Shown one piece after another: positions 9,296 to 19,212 of a stretch of DNA of 64,000 nt. The stretch lies in contig CBDAQI010000001.1 of assembly GCA_965198945.1 (NCBI GenBank), forward strand, positions 256,001 to 320,000, written 5' to 3'. The stretch comes from Thermodesulfobacteriota bacterium (GTDB taxonomy: Bacteria; Desulfobacterota_D; UBA1144; Nemesobacterales; Mycalebacteriaceae). The notes beneath the pieces were generated by a model. That model did no database searches, had not been told where the DNA came from, and saw only the letters and a list, made by a program, of their open reading frames with translations. Both the position numbers and the translations under genes were made by a program. How positions within the stretch are numbered: the first letter of the stretch is position 1; the number at the start of each line of letters is the position of its first letter.

Positions 9296-11374
9296 GTGAA
9301 CAGGCTTGCAAAAGAAAAAAGTCCCTATCTTCTTCAACACGCAAAAAATCCGGTGGAATGGTATCCATGGGGCGATGAAGCATTTGAAAAAGCCGCACGG
9401 GAAGACAAACCCGTGCTGGTTTCGGTCGGATACTCAACCTGCCACTGGTGCCATGTGATGGAAAAAGAGTCTTTTGAAGACTCCGAAGTTGCGGCGTTGA
9501 TGAACGACACTTTTGTATCCGTCAAAGTTGACAGAGAGGAGAGGCCCGATATAGACGGCGTGCTGATGAGCGTGTGCCAAATCATCTCACAGGGAAACTG
9601 CGGATGGCCTCTGAATGTTGTCATGACACCTGAAAAAAAGCCGTTTTTTGCGGCCACATACATACCCAAACACAATAAATACAACAGGGCGGGAATGGTT
9701 GAACTCATACCGCGCCTCTCTGAACTGTGGAAAACAAGACGGCCGGATATTGAAAAATCCGCGGGCGAAATAGCGGATGCAATTCAAAACTCGCAGACAA
9801 TTATGCAGTCCGAGGGAAAAATGAGCGCGGATGAAATGCTTAAAAACGGATTCGCGCAGTTGGCAATGAACTTTGACCCGGTATTCGGTGGATTTGGAAA
9901 CGCCCCGAAATTCCCCTCCCCGCACAACCTGATTTTTCTCACAAGACACTGGAAAAGAACCGGGGAGAGCAAAGCGCTTGAAATGGCGGAAAAAACTCTC
10001 GGCGCAATGTTGAACGGAGGAATAAACGACCATATCGGTTTCGGATTTCACAGGTATTCAACAGACCGCCGTTGGCTTGTTCCGCATTTTGAAAAAATGC
10101 TTTACGACCAGGCACTCATATCGCTTGCGCTGACTGAGCTGTGGCTTGCAACACAAAAACCCGCATACCGCGAGGGGGCGGAAAAAACACTGCAATATGT
10201 TATGAGAGACTTGACGGATCGGAGCGGGGGATTTTTCTGTGCGGAAGACGCCGACAGCGAAGGTGAAGAGGGAAAGTTTTATGTTTGGAGTGCCGGAGAG
10301 TTCGGCGAAACAATCGGGAATGCGGACGGGGATGAAGCCCGGTTTGCGGCCCAAATGCTGAACATAAAAAGCGGCGGCAACTTTGTTGATGAAGCCACGG
10401 GTGAAACCCCGGGGACTAATATCCCCCACATAACGGAAAAGATTTCCGAAGCCGCCGGGCGGTTTGGAATATCGGAAAAAGAGGCGGCGCAATATCTGGA
10501 ATCGGCGAGAGAAAAACTTTTCGCCGCCAGAGAAAAACGCCCGCGCCCGCATAGAGACGACAAAATTCTTACAGACTGGAACGGTTTGATGATGGCCGCG
10601 TTTGCCAAAGCGGGACCGGCTTTCGGAGAAGAAAAATATATCCGCGCCGCGGAAAAAGCGGCGAACTTCATAACGGGCAAAATGCTTGCGGGCGGTGAAC
10701 TTCTGCACAGATTCAGAGGCGGCGAAGCGGGTATTGCGGCAAATCTGGATGACTATGCCTTCACGGTGTGGGGGCTTCTTGAACTCTATGAAGCGGGTTT
10801 TGACACTTCGTGGCTTGAACCCGCACTGTATTTGAATGACAAAATGATGGAACTGTTTTCAGACTCGGAGAAAGGCGCTTTTTTCTTTACATCGGTAAAA
10901 GCCGAACATCTGATAGCCAGAAAAAAGGAGATGCACGACGGCGCAATTCCGTGCGGAAATTCGGTTGCGGTTATGAATTTGATGAAAATTTCCCGAATTA
11001 CGGGCAACTCCGGATACCGCGAAAGAGCCCTTGAGATTGTGCATTCACTGTCGCTTTCCATTGAAAAAATACCGTCCTCACACACGATGCTGCTGTGCGC
11101 GGTGGAGTTTGAGGCCGGCAAAACAACCGAGATAGTGATTGCTTCGGACAGCCGCAGAGAAACAAAAACCGTAACGGACGCGCTTGCAAAGAATTACGAT
11201 CCCGGAACAACGGTGCTTCTCAAAGAAACAGGCGACAAGGCAATTGAACGGATCGCCCCGTTTGTGCGCGACTGCAAAACTACGGACGGCAAAGCGGCGG
11301 TTTATATCTGCGAAGACGAAACTTGCGGTCTCCCGGTCGGCGCCGAAGAGTTTGCGCAGTCTTGCAAAAACTAA
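9296..11374 (+). CDS. YyaL/SPATA20-like thioredoxin (DUF255) plus alpha/alpha-barrel protein
   Basis: [60 protein letters not shown]. Confidence 0.93.
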   Translation: MNRLAKEKSPYLLQHAKNPVEWYPWGDEAFEKAAREDKPVLVSVGYSTCHWCHVMEKESFEDSEVAALMNDTFVSVKVDREERPDIDGVLMSVCQIISQGNCGWPLNVVMTPEKKPFFAATYIPKHNKYNRAGMVELIPRLSELWKTRRPDIEKSAGEIADAIQNSQTIMQSEGKMSADEMLKNGFAQLAMNFDPVFGGFGNAPKFPSPHNLIFLTRHWKRTGESKALEMAEKTLGAMLNGGINDHIGFGFHRYSTDRRWLVPHFEKMLYDQALISLALTELWLATQKPAYREGAEKTLQYVMRDLTDRSGGFFCAEDADSEGEEGKFYVWSAGEFGETIGNADGDEARFAAQMLNIKSGGNFVDEATGETPGTNIPHITEKISEAAGRFGISEKEAAQYLESAREKLFAAREKRPRPHRDDKILTDWNGLMMAAFAKAGPAFGEEKYIRAAEKAANFITGKMLAGGELLHRFRGGEAGIAANLDDYAFTVWGLLELYEAGFDTSWLEPALYLNDKMMELFSDSEKGAFFFTSVKAEHLIARKKEMHDGAIPCGNSVAVMNLMKISRITGNSGYRERALEIVHSLSLSIEKIPSSHTMLLCAVEFEAGKTTEIVIASDSRRETKTVTDALAKNYDPGTTVLLKETGDKAIERIAPFVRDCKTTDGKAAVYICEDETCGLPVGAEEFAQSCKN

Positions 11375-11455
11375 AAAAGGGTTGATTTTTTTTCCGAGTC
11401 CAATCATTATGAGCAACGGGGAGCAGCGCCCCAAATAATTGAGGGGGTTTTGATA

Positions 11456-11629
11456 GTGGCTATTTCAAGGGATGAGAAAATAAAAGACCTTGTCAGCCTC
11501 ATTGAGGAGCCGGAAGAACAGTCTTTTGTCGGAGACGGTGATCTTGATGAGATGGAGCTCTATGATATGGAGCTTGGTGAACCGGAAGAAGAGCTCTACG
11601 AAGAAGAAGACGGGGCGGAAATTACCTGA
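11456..11629 (+). CDS. Small, very acidic hypothetical protein (57 aa)
   Basis: GAGGGGG RBS at 11441, GTG start, MAISRDEKIKDLVSLIEEPEEQSFVGDGDLDEMELYDMELGEPEEELYEEEDGAEIT; below the ORF-track size cut-off. Confidence 0.6.
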   Translation: MAISRDEKIKDLVSLIEEPEEQSFVGDGDLDEMELYDMELGEPEEELYEEEDGAEIT

Positions 11630-13506
11630 CCCGGCGCGTCCGCCGCTTTTCTCAAGTGCAGCATAAGGACGGAAACGGCGGCCGGGGTCACTCCGGAAAT
11701 TCTGCCCGCCTGTCCGATGGAGTGCGGTTTGGCCGTTGAGAGCTTCTGAACTATTTCCCTGGAAAGTCCGGGTACTTTAGAGTAGTCAAAAGCCTCGGGA
11801 ATTGATAAGCTCTCAAATTTCTTGAACCTGCCAATCTGCTCGGTTTGCATCTTAACATAACCGGAGTATTTAACATGCATTTCCGCCTGCATGGCTATGT
11901 CCGAACCTTCAAGCTCGGCGGCGGACGGGTCAAAAAGCGCAAGCTCCGAGTAGGTGATTCCGGGCCTTTTTAGAATCTCGGCTAGGGAATGCTGTTTTTT
12001 AAGACCGGGTGAGCTCATCCTTTTCAGTTCCTCATCCGCCCTTCCTCCGGGAACCTCTTTTGTGTTCTCAAGTCTTTCCACTTCTCTTTCAAGAAGTTCT
12101 TTTTTCAAAACAAGTTTTTCATAACGCTCGTCGCATATCAGACCCGCCCGGTATCCCTTCTCCATCAGTCTCAAATCAGCGTTGTCTTCACGCAGAATCA
12201 GTCTGTATTCAGCTCGTGAAGTGAACATTCTGTATGGCTCGTCAACCCCTTTGGTAACAAGGTCGTCTATCATAATTCCTATGTAGGCGTCAGAACGGTC
12301 AAGAATTAAGGGCGCGTCTCCGCGTGAGTGAAGAGCGGCGTTTATCCCGGCAATAATTCCCTGCCCGGCGGCTTCCTCATAACCGGTCGTTCCGTTTACC
12401 TGACCCGCGAAGAAAAGCCCGTGCGCATACTTGCACTCAAGCGAGGAGGTCAACTGCGTGGGGTTTATAAAATCGTATTCAACCGCATATCCGGGGCGCA
12501 TTATTTCAACTTCCTCAAGCCCTTCAACCGTCCTCGCCATCTCCGTCTGGACATCAAGCGGGAGGCTTGTGGATATGCCGTTCGGATAAATTTCATATGT
12601 GTTTCTTCCCTCGGGCTCAAGGAAAATCTGGTGCCTGTTTTTGTCCGGAAATTTGACGATTTTATCCTCAACCGACGGACAGTAGCGCGGGCCCACTCCG
12701 GATATGACTCCGGAATAAAGAGGCGAGCGCGATAGGTTTCGTCTTATAACATCGTGTGTTTTTTCATTGGTATGGGTTATGAAACAAGACATCTGGCTGA
12801 TTTTTCCGCGCTCATTTGAGAAAGAAAAAGGACGGGGATTTTCGTCTCCTTTCTGTTCTTCAAGAGCTTCCCAGCGGACCGTTCTTCCGTCAAAACGCGG
12901 AGGGGTTCCGGTTTTCAGACGCCCGACTTCAAGACCCAAATCTTTGAAAGAGTTGGAAATCGTCAAAGCCGCTTTTTCCCCGGCGCGACCGGAAGAAAAT
13001 TTTTCGTCTCCCACATGTATAAGCCCGTTCGGAAAAGTTCCCGGAGTTACCACCACTGAATCAGAGAAAAAACTTTCCCCGAGGCTTGTTTTAACGCCGC
13101 ACACGGCGCCCGACGATACGAGAAATCCGTCAATCATTCTCTGTTTTATGTCAAGATTTTCACACTCTTCAAGAGCCCTGCGCATGTAAGCCCTGTAAAC
13201 CTGCCTGTCAGCCTGTGAGCGTGTGGCGCGCACGGCCGCACCTTTCCGAGTGTTGAGTGTTCTGTATTGGATTGCGCTTGCATCCGCCGCTTTTGCCATT
13301 TCGCCCCCGAGCGCATCTATCTCTCTGACTATGTGCCCCTTGCCGACTCCGCCGATGGACGGATTGCATGACATAACGCCTATTGTATCTATGTTTGCCG
13401 TCAGCAGAAGCGTTTTGCGCCCCATGCGCGCCGCCGCAAGCGCGGCTTCGCAACCCGCGTGTCCGCCACCTATGACAATCACATTGTGGGATCTTCTATT
13501 TTTCAC
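11596..13506 (-). CDS. mnmG: tRNA uridine 5-carboxymethylaminomethyl modification enzyme
   Basis: VIGGGHAGCEAA, MSCNPSIGG, LKTGTPPR, GPRYCPSVEDK, GQVNGTTGYEEAAGQG, EPYRMFTSRAEYRL. Confidence 0.97.
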   Translation of the reverse strand: MKNRRSHNVIVIGGGHAGCEAALAAARMGRKTLLLTANIDTIGVMSCNPSIGGVGKGHIVREIDALGGEMAKAADASAIQYRTLNTRKGAAVRATRSQADRQVYRAYMRRALEECENLDIKQRMIDGFLVSSGAVCGVKTSLGESFFSDSVVVTPGTFPNGLIHVGDEKFSSGRAGEKAALTISNSFKDLGLEVGRLKTGTPPRFDGRTVRWEALEEQKGDENPRPFSFSNERGKISQMSCFITHTNEKTHDVIRRNLSRSPLYSGVISGVGPRYCPSVEDKIVKFPDKNRHQIFLEPEGRNTYEIYPNGISTSLPLDVQTEMARTVEGLEEVEIMRPGYAVEYDFINPTQLTSSLECKYAHGLFFAGQVNGTTGYEEAAGQGIIAGINAALHSRGDAPLILDRSDAYIGIMIDDLVTKGVDEPYRMFTSRAEYRLILREDNADLRLMEKGYRAGLICDERYEKLVLKKELLEREVERLENTKEVPGGRADEELKRMSSPGLKKQHSLAEILKRPGITYSELALFDPSAAELEGSDIAMQAEMHVKYSGYVKMQTEQIGRFKKFESLSIPEAFDYSKVPGLSREIVQKLSTAKPHSIGQAGRISGVTPAAVSVLMLHLRKAADAPGQVISAPSSSS

Positions 13507-13584
13507 AAAAACTCCGTTTCAAGCGGCGAAATTGTAAATAAAACAAGAGGGCAGGTCAAAGAAAAATGGGATTGCGCGGAAACC

Positions 13585-14787
13585 TCATTTGATTTTATTC
13601 AGGCGAAACAGCCCCTCCCAAACACCCCCGTCACTTGTGAAATAAAGCAGCCCATCTTCACCGAACAAAACTCCGACCGGCCTTAGCAGTCTTTGTCCCG
13701 ATCTGTTTTGAAGCCCTCCAACAAGAGTTCTTACACGACCGGTCGCTTCCCCGTCCGGATTAAAATCAACGACCTCAATTAAGGGCGGGCGGCGGGTTGA
13801 CTTCGCTCCCATAAAACCGCCGTCGGGTTTAGTGCCCCAGGAGCCGTGCAGAGCCGCAACCGCACTGCCTTCCGGCACCGGCACATTAGCCCCCCGTGAA
13901 ACAAAAGTTATGCCCATTGGAGCGCTGCGTGCCGGGAAAACCGCTACCGGCGCCCTTGCATCAGTTCTCGGTGGAGGGGTTGATATGCATGAATCTCTCA
14001 CCATTTTGGAACCGTCAAACCAAAACCACGGCATTCCGTGGAAAGAGCTTTCATCAAGCCGGCTGAAGTATTCCGGAGGATGCTCATAACCAAGATGGTC
14101 CGGGCCGTTGTTCGTCGCGTAGAGAACTTTTGTCTCCGGGTGCCAGTCAAAACCGACCGGATTGCGCAAGCCGGATGCGTAAGTTTCCCACTCTCCGGTT
14201 TTTTCATTGAGCCGCAAAACCCCTCCTCTGCGGTCTTTGAAGGAATATGCTTTTCCCAGATACTCATTGCTGCAATTGCCGCTTATGCCGATGCTAACAT
14301 ATAGACCGCCGTCAGGGGCAAACGCCACAGTGCGTGTAAAATGCCCGTAACCGGAAGGCAGGTTTGCAACTTTACTGAAATCCTTTTTTATAAGCCTCCC
14401 ATCACGCCAATCGCTGTGGGACTTATACACTCCGTCAGTTTTCGCAATCCACAATTCACCGCCTCGAACCGCCACACCGTGCGGACTGCCGCCCACTTGT
14501 GCCAGCACTTCCGGGTTGTTGTATGGAGGCTTGGCCCGGTAAACCTTCCCTGAGTTTGTGCCTATAATGAAATCTTTTCCGGAAGCCGCGATCATGCGTG
14601 AATCCGGAATTTCAGCGAGAAATTCAAGTTCATAACCCTTGGGAACAGAGACTTCCCATAATGATCCGCCTATAAGAAATTTCTGCTCCGAGTAGTCAAG
14701 TTTTTCTTCGGCGTTACAGGACAAAACTCCCGCCGCGGACAGCAGGAAGAAAATACAGGCAAAAGTGAACAGTTTTCGCAGTTGCAT
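13585..14787 (-). CDS. Glucose/L-sorbosone dehydrogenase-family beta-propeller, probable lipoprotein
   Basis: Lipobox VLSC; GHFTRTVAF, LYVSIG, ASGLRNPVGFDW, SAPMG, HGSW, RPVGV, LYFTSD. Confidence 0.8.
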   Translation of the reverse strand: MQLRKLFTFACIFFLLSAAGVLSCNAEEKLDYSEQKFLIGGSLWEVSVPKGYELEFLAEIPDSRMIAASGKDFIIGTNSGKVYRAKPPYNNPEVLAQVGGSPHGVAVRGGELWIAKTDGVYKSHSDWRDGRLIKKDFSKVANLPSGYGHFTRTVAFAPDGGLYVSIGISGNCSNEYLGKAYSFKDRRGGVLRLNEKTGEWETYASGLRNPVGFDWHPETKVLYATNNGPDHLGYEHPPEYFSRLDESSFHGMPWFWFDGSKMVRDSCISTPPPRTDARAPVAVFPARSAPMGITFVSRGANVPVPEGSAVAALHGSWGTKPDGGFMGAKSTRRPPLIEVVDFNPDGEATGRVRTLVGGLQNRSGQRLLRPVGVLFGEDGLLYFTSDGGVWEGLFRLNKIK

Positions 14788-15093
14788 TGAAAAAGCCTTC
14801 TCGCCCAATCGGCTGTCTTATCATAATACAGGGAATAAGGAGTCAAAGTAATAAGCAGAGTTTCAACATCAACCGCCATGCCGTTTTCTTGTTTGCCTCA
14901 TATAAACAGCTGTTTTCATTACATTTTTTGGCAATCAATCAAATAAGAATAATTCATTGTGCTTATTGGATAACGCACTATTTGCACATTATAAGATACT
15001 GCTATCATTGTATAAACTTACTTAAAGTCAAATAAGAACAATCAATTGTCCTTATTTGACTTTTTGAGTTTTTCCACTAATGTAAAAGCAGCC

Positions 15094-16566
15094 ATGTTGG
15101 GAATTTCAACTGAAGAAAGAAATCAGCGTCTTAAAACGGACAATCCCTGGTGGGATGATCCGAGCGATGTGAGATGGAAAGACGCCCCTGAAAGAGTTTA
15201 CTTTGCACCATTCTATGAATTGGCAACGAAAACGGAAGTCAACCGCGCGGTTGTTCTGATGGGGCCCCGGAGAGTTGGCAAGACGGTCATGGTTCATCAG
15301 GCAGTCGCCGGACTTATAAAAGAAAGCGTCAATCCGAAAAAAATTCTTTACATACCCCTGGACAACCCGCTGTATGCCGGACTGTCTCTTGAAAAAATTC
15401 TTCTTGCTTTTCTTGAGCTCAATAAAAATCCGAAAAGCGAAATCGCCTATCTTTTCTTTGATGAGATTCAATACTTAAAAGACTGGGAACTTCATCTGAA
15501 GTCCCTTGTTGATTCCTATCCGCAACACCGCTTTATCGCCACCGGCTCGGCCGCGGCGGCATTAAAACTTAAAAGCAACGAGTCCGGTGCAGGAAGGTTT
15601 ACCGATTTTATTCTGCCTCCCATGACATTTCATGAATACATAAAATTTATAGACGTGGAAGAAGAACTTTTTGATAAAAATGCCGGGTTTTTGTTTGGTA
15701 TGGGAAAAGCAATAAACAACATTAAAGATATCAATACGCATTTCATAAAATACCTCAACTTTGGCGGCTACCCTGAAGCAGTGTTTTCAGAAGAAATCAA
15801 AAAAGACCCGGGCCGTTTTATAAAAAACGATATCATAGACAAGGTTCTTCTAAGAGACTTACCCAGCCTTTACGGGATAAGCGACATTCCCGAACTCAAC
15901 CGCCTGTTTACAGCTCTCGCTCACAGCACGGGGCGGGAAGTCAATTTGTCTGCTCTTTCACAAGGTTCCAATGTGGCAAAAGGCACAATATCAAGATATT
16001 TGGAATATCTTGAAGCGGCTTTTCTTATAAAACGTGTCCGCAGGGTGGATAAAAACATTAAAAGGTTCAAAAGAGACCACACTTTCAAAGTTTATCTCAC
16101 AAACCCCTCAATGTATGCGGCGCTTTTCGGCACTGTAAGCGAAGACAATAGTGAAGTGATTGGAATGTTGGTGGAAACGGCGGTTTTCAGCCACTTTTTT
16201 CACTTGATGGGAAAATCCGAACCCCTTTATTATGCTCGCTGGAACAATGGAGAGGTGGACTTGGTAGCAATGGATGAAACCGGAATAAAAGCAGCGTTTG
16301 CAATTGAAATCAAATGGTCTGACAAGCCATATCAAAATCTTTCAGAAATTAGTGGGCTGCTTGATTTCACAAAAAAACACGGAATCGGAGGAGATGCGGG
16401 CACGGCTATATGTCTCAGTAAAAGCAAATACGCCCCTAAGCCATATGAAAGCGGAACTGTCATTTTCATTCCCGTAAGTTTTGTCTGCCTTGAACTTGGA
16501 CAAATGCTAAACAGCAAGGAATTCAGGGAAGCTTTTGTAAGTGAGGAAAAAAAACTTCCGGATTAG
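15094..16566 (+). CDS. AAA_14 ATPase with DUF4143 and C-terminal PD-(D/E)xK-like motif
   Basis: GPRRVGKT Walker A, FFDEIQ Walker B, ATGS, GGYPE, YLEYLEAAFL, EVDLV...AIEIKW. Confidence 0.88.
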   Translation: MLGISTEERNQRLKTDNPWWDDPSDVRWKDAPERVYFAPFYELATKTEVNRAVVLMGPRRVGKTVMVHQAVAGLIKESVNPKKILYIPLDNPLYAGLSLEKILLAFLELNKNPKSEIAYLFFDEIQYLKDWELHLKSLVDSYPQHRFIATGSAAAALKLKSNESGAGRFTDFILPPMTFHEYIKFIDVEEELFDKNAGFLFGMGKAINNIKDINTHFIKYLNFGGYPEAVFSEEIKKDPGRFIKNDIIDKVLLRDLPSLYGISDIPELNRLFTALAHSTGREVNLSALSQGSNVAKGTISRYLEYLEAAFLIKRVRRVDKNIKRFKRDHTFKVYLTNPSMYAALFGTVSEDNSEVIGMLVETAVFSHFFHLMGKSEPLYYARWNNGEVDLVAMDETGIKAAFAIEIKWSDKPYQNLSEISGLLDFTKKHGIGGDAGTAICLSKSKYAPKPYESGTVIFIPVSFVCLELGQMLNSKEFREAFVSEEKKLPD

Positions 16567-16592
16567 ATTTTACAACCTCCATGAATGCAATA

Positions 16593-16606
16593 TATGCTAT
16601 AGCATA
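16593..16606. promoter_or_regulatory. Perfect 14-bp palindrome, candidate operator for the Xre-HsdM fusion
   Basis: TATGCTATAGCATA equals its own reverse complement; overlaps a -10-like CATAAT and ends 23 nt before the ATG at 16630. Confidence 0.55.
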
Positions 16607-16629
16607 ATAGAACTTCAGAGTTTTTTATA

Positions 16630-18463
16630 ATGACCGAAAAAGAAGACCTGTCAGAAATTATCAAAAGCGTCAGAAACACTCTGAACCTTTCCCAAGAAAA
16701 ACTCGCCTCAAAACTCGGGGTTTCATTCTCAACACTGAACGGATGGGAAAACGGCCGCCGTGTTCCCCGGAAAAAACATCTGGACAAAATTATGGAGATG
16801 GCGGAAAAAGCCGCAAATTCCGAGCCCGCAGCGCCCCGGCGCAGACTCAACACCAAACAGGATGTTTTAAGCATAAAAATGATGGAGCAGATGCTATGGG
16901 ATGCCGCCTGTTCCATAAGGGGCGAGAAAGACGCTCCGAAATTCAAGGACTACCTGCTTCCCCTAATCTTTTTGAAACGTCTTTCAGATGTTTTTGACGA
17001 TGAAATGGAGAGACTCGCAGATGAACACGGAAGTATGGAAAGGGCTCAAGACATAGTTGGCAGGGACAAAGAAATCATTCGTTTCTATCTGCCGCCGGAG
17101 ACCAGATGGGATGTTTTGAGCGGAAGAACAAGTTTCAAGTGGGCAAAAGGCGCCGAACCTAAAACACTTAGAGAGCAAATAACCTCAACTATGCGAACAG
17201 TCGCCGAGGCCAATCCTTCTCTCAAGGGAGTTATAGACCTTGTTGACTATGGAAAAACAAGCGGGGGAGAACGCGAGATAAGCGACGCGGCTCTAAAGGA
17301 AGTAATAGAGAAATTTTCAAAACCTCAGTATCGGCTTGGAATCCATGATGTGGAGCCGGATTTTCTCGGCCGCTGCTACGAATATCTTTTGAGAAAATTA
17401 GCGGAAAATTCGGGACAGAGCGCCGGAGAGTTTTTCACCCCAACGGAAGTGGGCTGGCTCATGGCGCGGATTATGAAACCGACACAGGGCGAGACGGTTT
17501 ATGAATACGCCTGCGGTTCGGCGGGTCTGCTGATAAAGTGCGAACTCGCGCTTCTTGAACGGTATCCCGATGTCAAAAAGGGGGCTCCCTTGAAACTGTT
17601 CGGACAGGAACTTGGAACTGATAACTATGCGATGGCGCAAATGAACGCAATTATCCACGATATGGAATGCAAAATTGAGCGCGGAAACTCAATGAAAAAC
17701 CCCAAGTTTCTGAACGAAACCGGAGGATTGCAGAATTTTGACATAGTTGTCGCCAACCCGATGTGGAATCAGCCGTTTGATGTTTCCGGATATGTGGAAT
17801 CAGCCGTTTGATGTTTCCGGATATGAGGAAGACAAGTTTGACCGTTTTGAGTCACAGGGAGGCGTAACAACAAGCAAAGCAGACTGGGCATGGCTTCAGC
17901 ACACGGCAAAATCCCTGAACACCAAAGGAAGGGCGGCGGTCGTGATAGACACGGGAGCGGTAACACGCGGAAGCGGAGCATCGGGAGAAGACAAAGAGAA
18001 GAGAATCCGCAAATGGTTTGTTGAAAAAGACTTGATTGAAGGCGTAATTTTTCTTCCCGAAAACCTTTTCTACAACACCACGGCGGCGGGAATAATAATT
18101 CTCCTGAACAAAAATAAAAACTCTGCGAGAAAGGGGAAAGTTGTTTTAATTAACGCAAGCGGGGAATTCAAAAAAGGCAGGCCGAAAAACTATCTGAGCG
18201 ATGAAGGTTCAAGAAGGATTGTTGATTCTTTCTTCAACGGAAAAGATGAGGAGCGTTTCTCAAAAGTCATAACAGTAAAAGAAGCGGCGGAAAATGACTA
18301 CAACCTGTCTCCTTCGCGTTACATTGACATAAGCGAGAAAGAAATTCTCCGCCCGATACCGGAAATATGGGCGGAGCTGAAAGCGCTTGAGAAAGAGGCG
18401 AAAAAGACGGACAGAGAGGTTGAAAAGATTTTCAGGGATATGGCAGCGGAGTATGAAACTTGA
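16630..18463 (+). pseudogene. hsdM: Type I R-M methyltransferase with N-terminal Xre HTH, frameshifted by a 31-bp tandem duplication
   Basis: HTH LNLSQEKLASKLGVSFSTLNGWENG; LWDAACSIRG, GEFFTP, YACGSAGLL, GQEL, VVANPMWN; the C-terminal half (ADWAWLQH, LPENLFYNT, NDYNLSPSRYI) is in another frame. Confidence 0.9.
17761..17822 (+). repeat. Perfect 31-bp tandem duplication
   Basis: ATGTGGAATCAGCCGTTTGATGTTTCCGGAT at 17761-17791 and 17792-17822. Confidence 0.97.
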
Positions 18464-18488
18464 CATTTTCAGTTGACAAGCCTAAAAT
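18460..18488 (+). promoter_or_regulatory. Near-consensus sigma70 promoter for the hairpin-NYN unit
   Basis: TTGACA (18460-18465), 17 nt, TAAAAT (18483-18488); a second TTGACA at 18473. Confidence 0.65.
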
Positions 18489-18494
18489 TCTTTC

Positions 18495-18570
18495 ATTATT
18501 TGCCCCCCCCTCGGAGCAGCCCGGGAACAACCTTTTGGGATTCTTGGGACTCTGAGTGGGGTTATTTTTT
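18495..18570 (+). ncRNA. Putative ~75-nt structured leader or small RNA ending in a U-tract
   Basis: Outer stem 18505-18516 with 18550-18561 (11/12 pairs), inner stem 18520-18527 with 18541-18548 (8/8 including G-U), CC-UUUU-GG cap, then UUAUUUUUU. Confidence 0.5.
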
Positions 18571-18591
18571 GTCCTCTTTGGAGATTCTCGG

Positions 18592-19212
18592 ATGATTGAG
18601 CCTTCAATCAAAAGAGCGTCTTTCTTTATTGACGGACAGAACCTTTTTCCCGGCGTAAAAGAAGCGTTCGGCTACCCATACCCAAACTACAACATCAAAA
18701 AACTGTCGGAGAAAATCTGTGAGATTCACAAATGGGAAATAAAGGACATATCTTTTTACACCGGAATTCCGGATGAAAAAATCAGCCCGGACTGGCATTA
18801 TTTTTGGACCACAAAAATGTCAGTAATGGGCAACATGGGAATCAAAACCTTCTCCAGAAAACTACAATACTCCAATGTAAGCAATGACCGTTCAGATCCG
18901 ATTCTGGCGGGAAGGGAAAAAGGAATTGACATACGAATTGCTCTTGACGTTACCCGGACGGTTTTTGAAGATGGTTGCGATGTTGCAATTATCTTCAGTC
19001 AGGACCAGGATTTATCCGAAGTTGCAAAAGAAGTAAGACACATTTCAAAACGCGAAAAACGCTGGATTAAAATTGCAAGCGCATTCCCGGTGAGTCCGAC
19101 AAGTAAAAACAATCGTGGAATCAACAACACGGATTGGATAAAAATTGAAAGAAAAATTTATGATGACTGTATTGACACAAGAGACTACAGACCAAAAAAA
19201 GGAACAAAATAA
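18592..19212 (+). CDS. NYN (LabA/DUF88, PIN-fold) putative RNase
   Basis: FFIDGQN, EKGIDIRIALD and IFSQDQDL catalytic aspartate motifs; GGAG RBS at 18580. Confidence 0.88.
   Translation: MIEPSIKRASFFIDGQNLFPGVKEAFGYPYPNYNIKKLSEKICEIHKWEIKDISFYTGIPDEKISPDWHYFWTTKMSVMGNMGIKTFSRKLQYSNVSNDRSDPILAGREKGIDIRIALDVTRTVFEDGCDVAIIFSQDQDLSEVAKEVRHISKREKRWIKIASAFPVSPTSKNNRGINNTDWIKIERKIYDDCIDTRDYRPKKGTK

Noticed and set aside
18503..18510. C8 tract as a phase-variation switch
   Set aside because: Non-coding, downstream of the -10, and better explained as the 5' arm of the hairpin.
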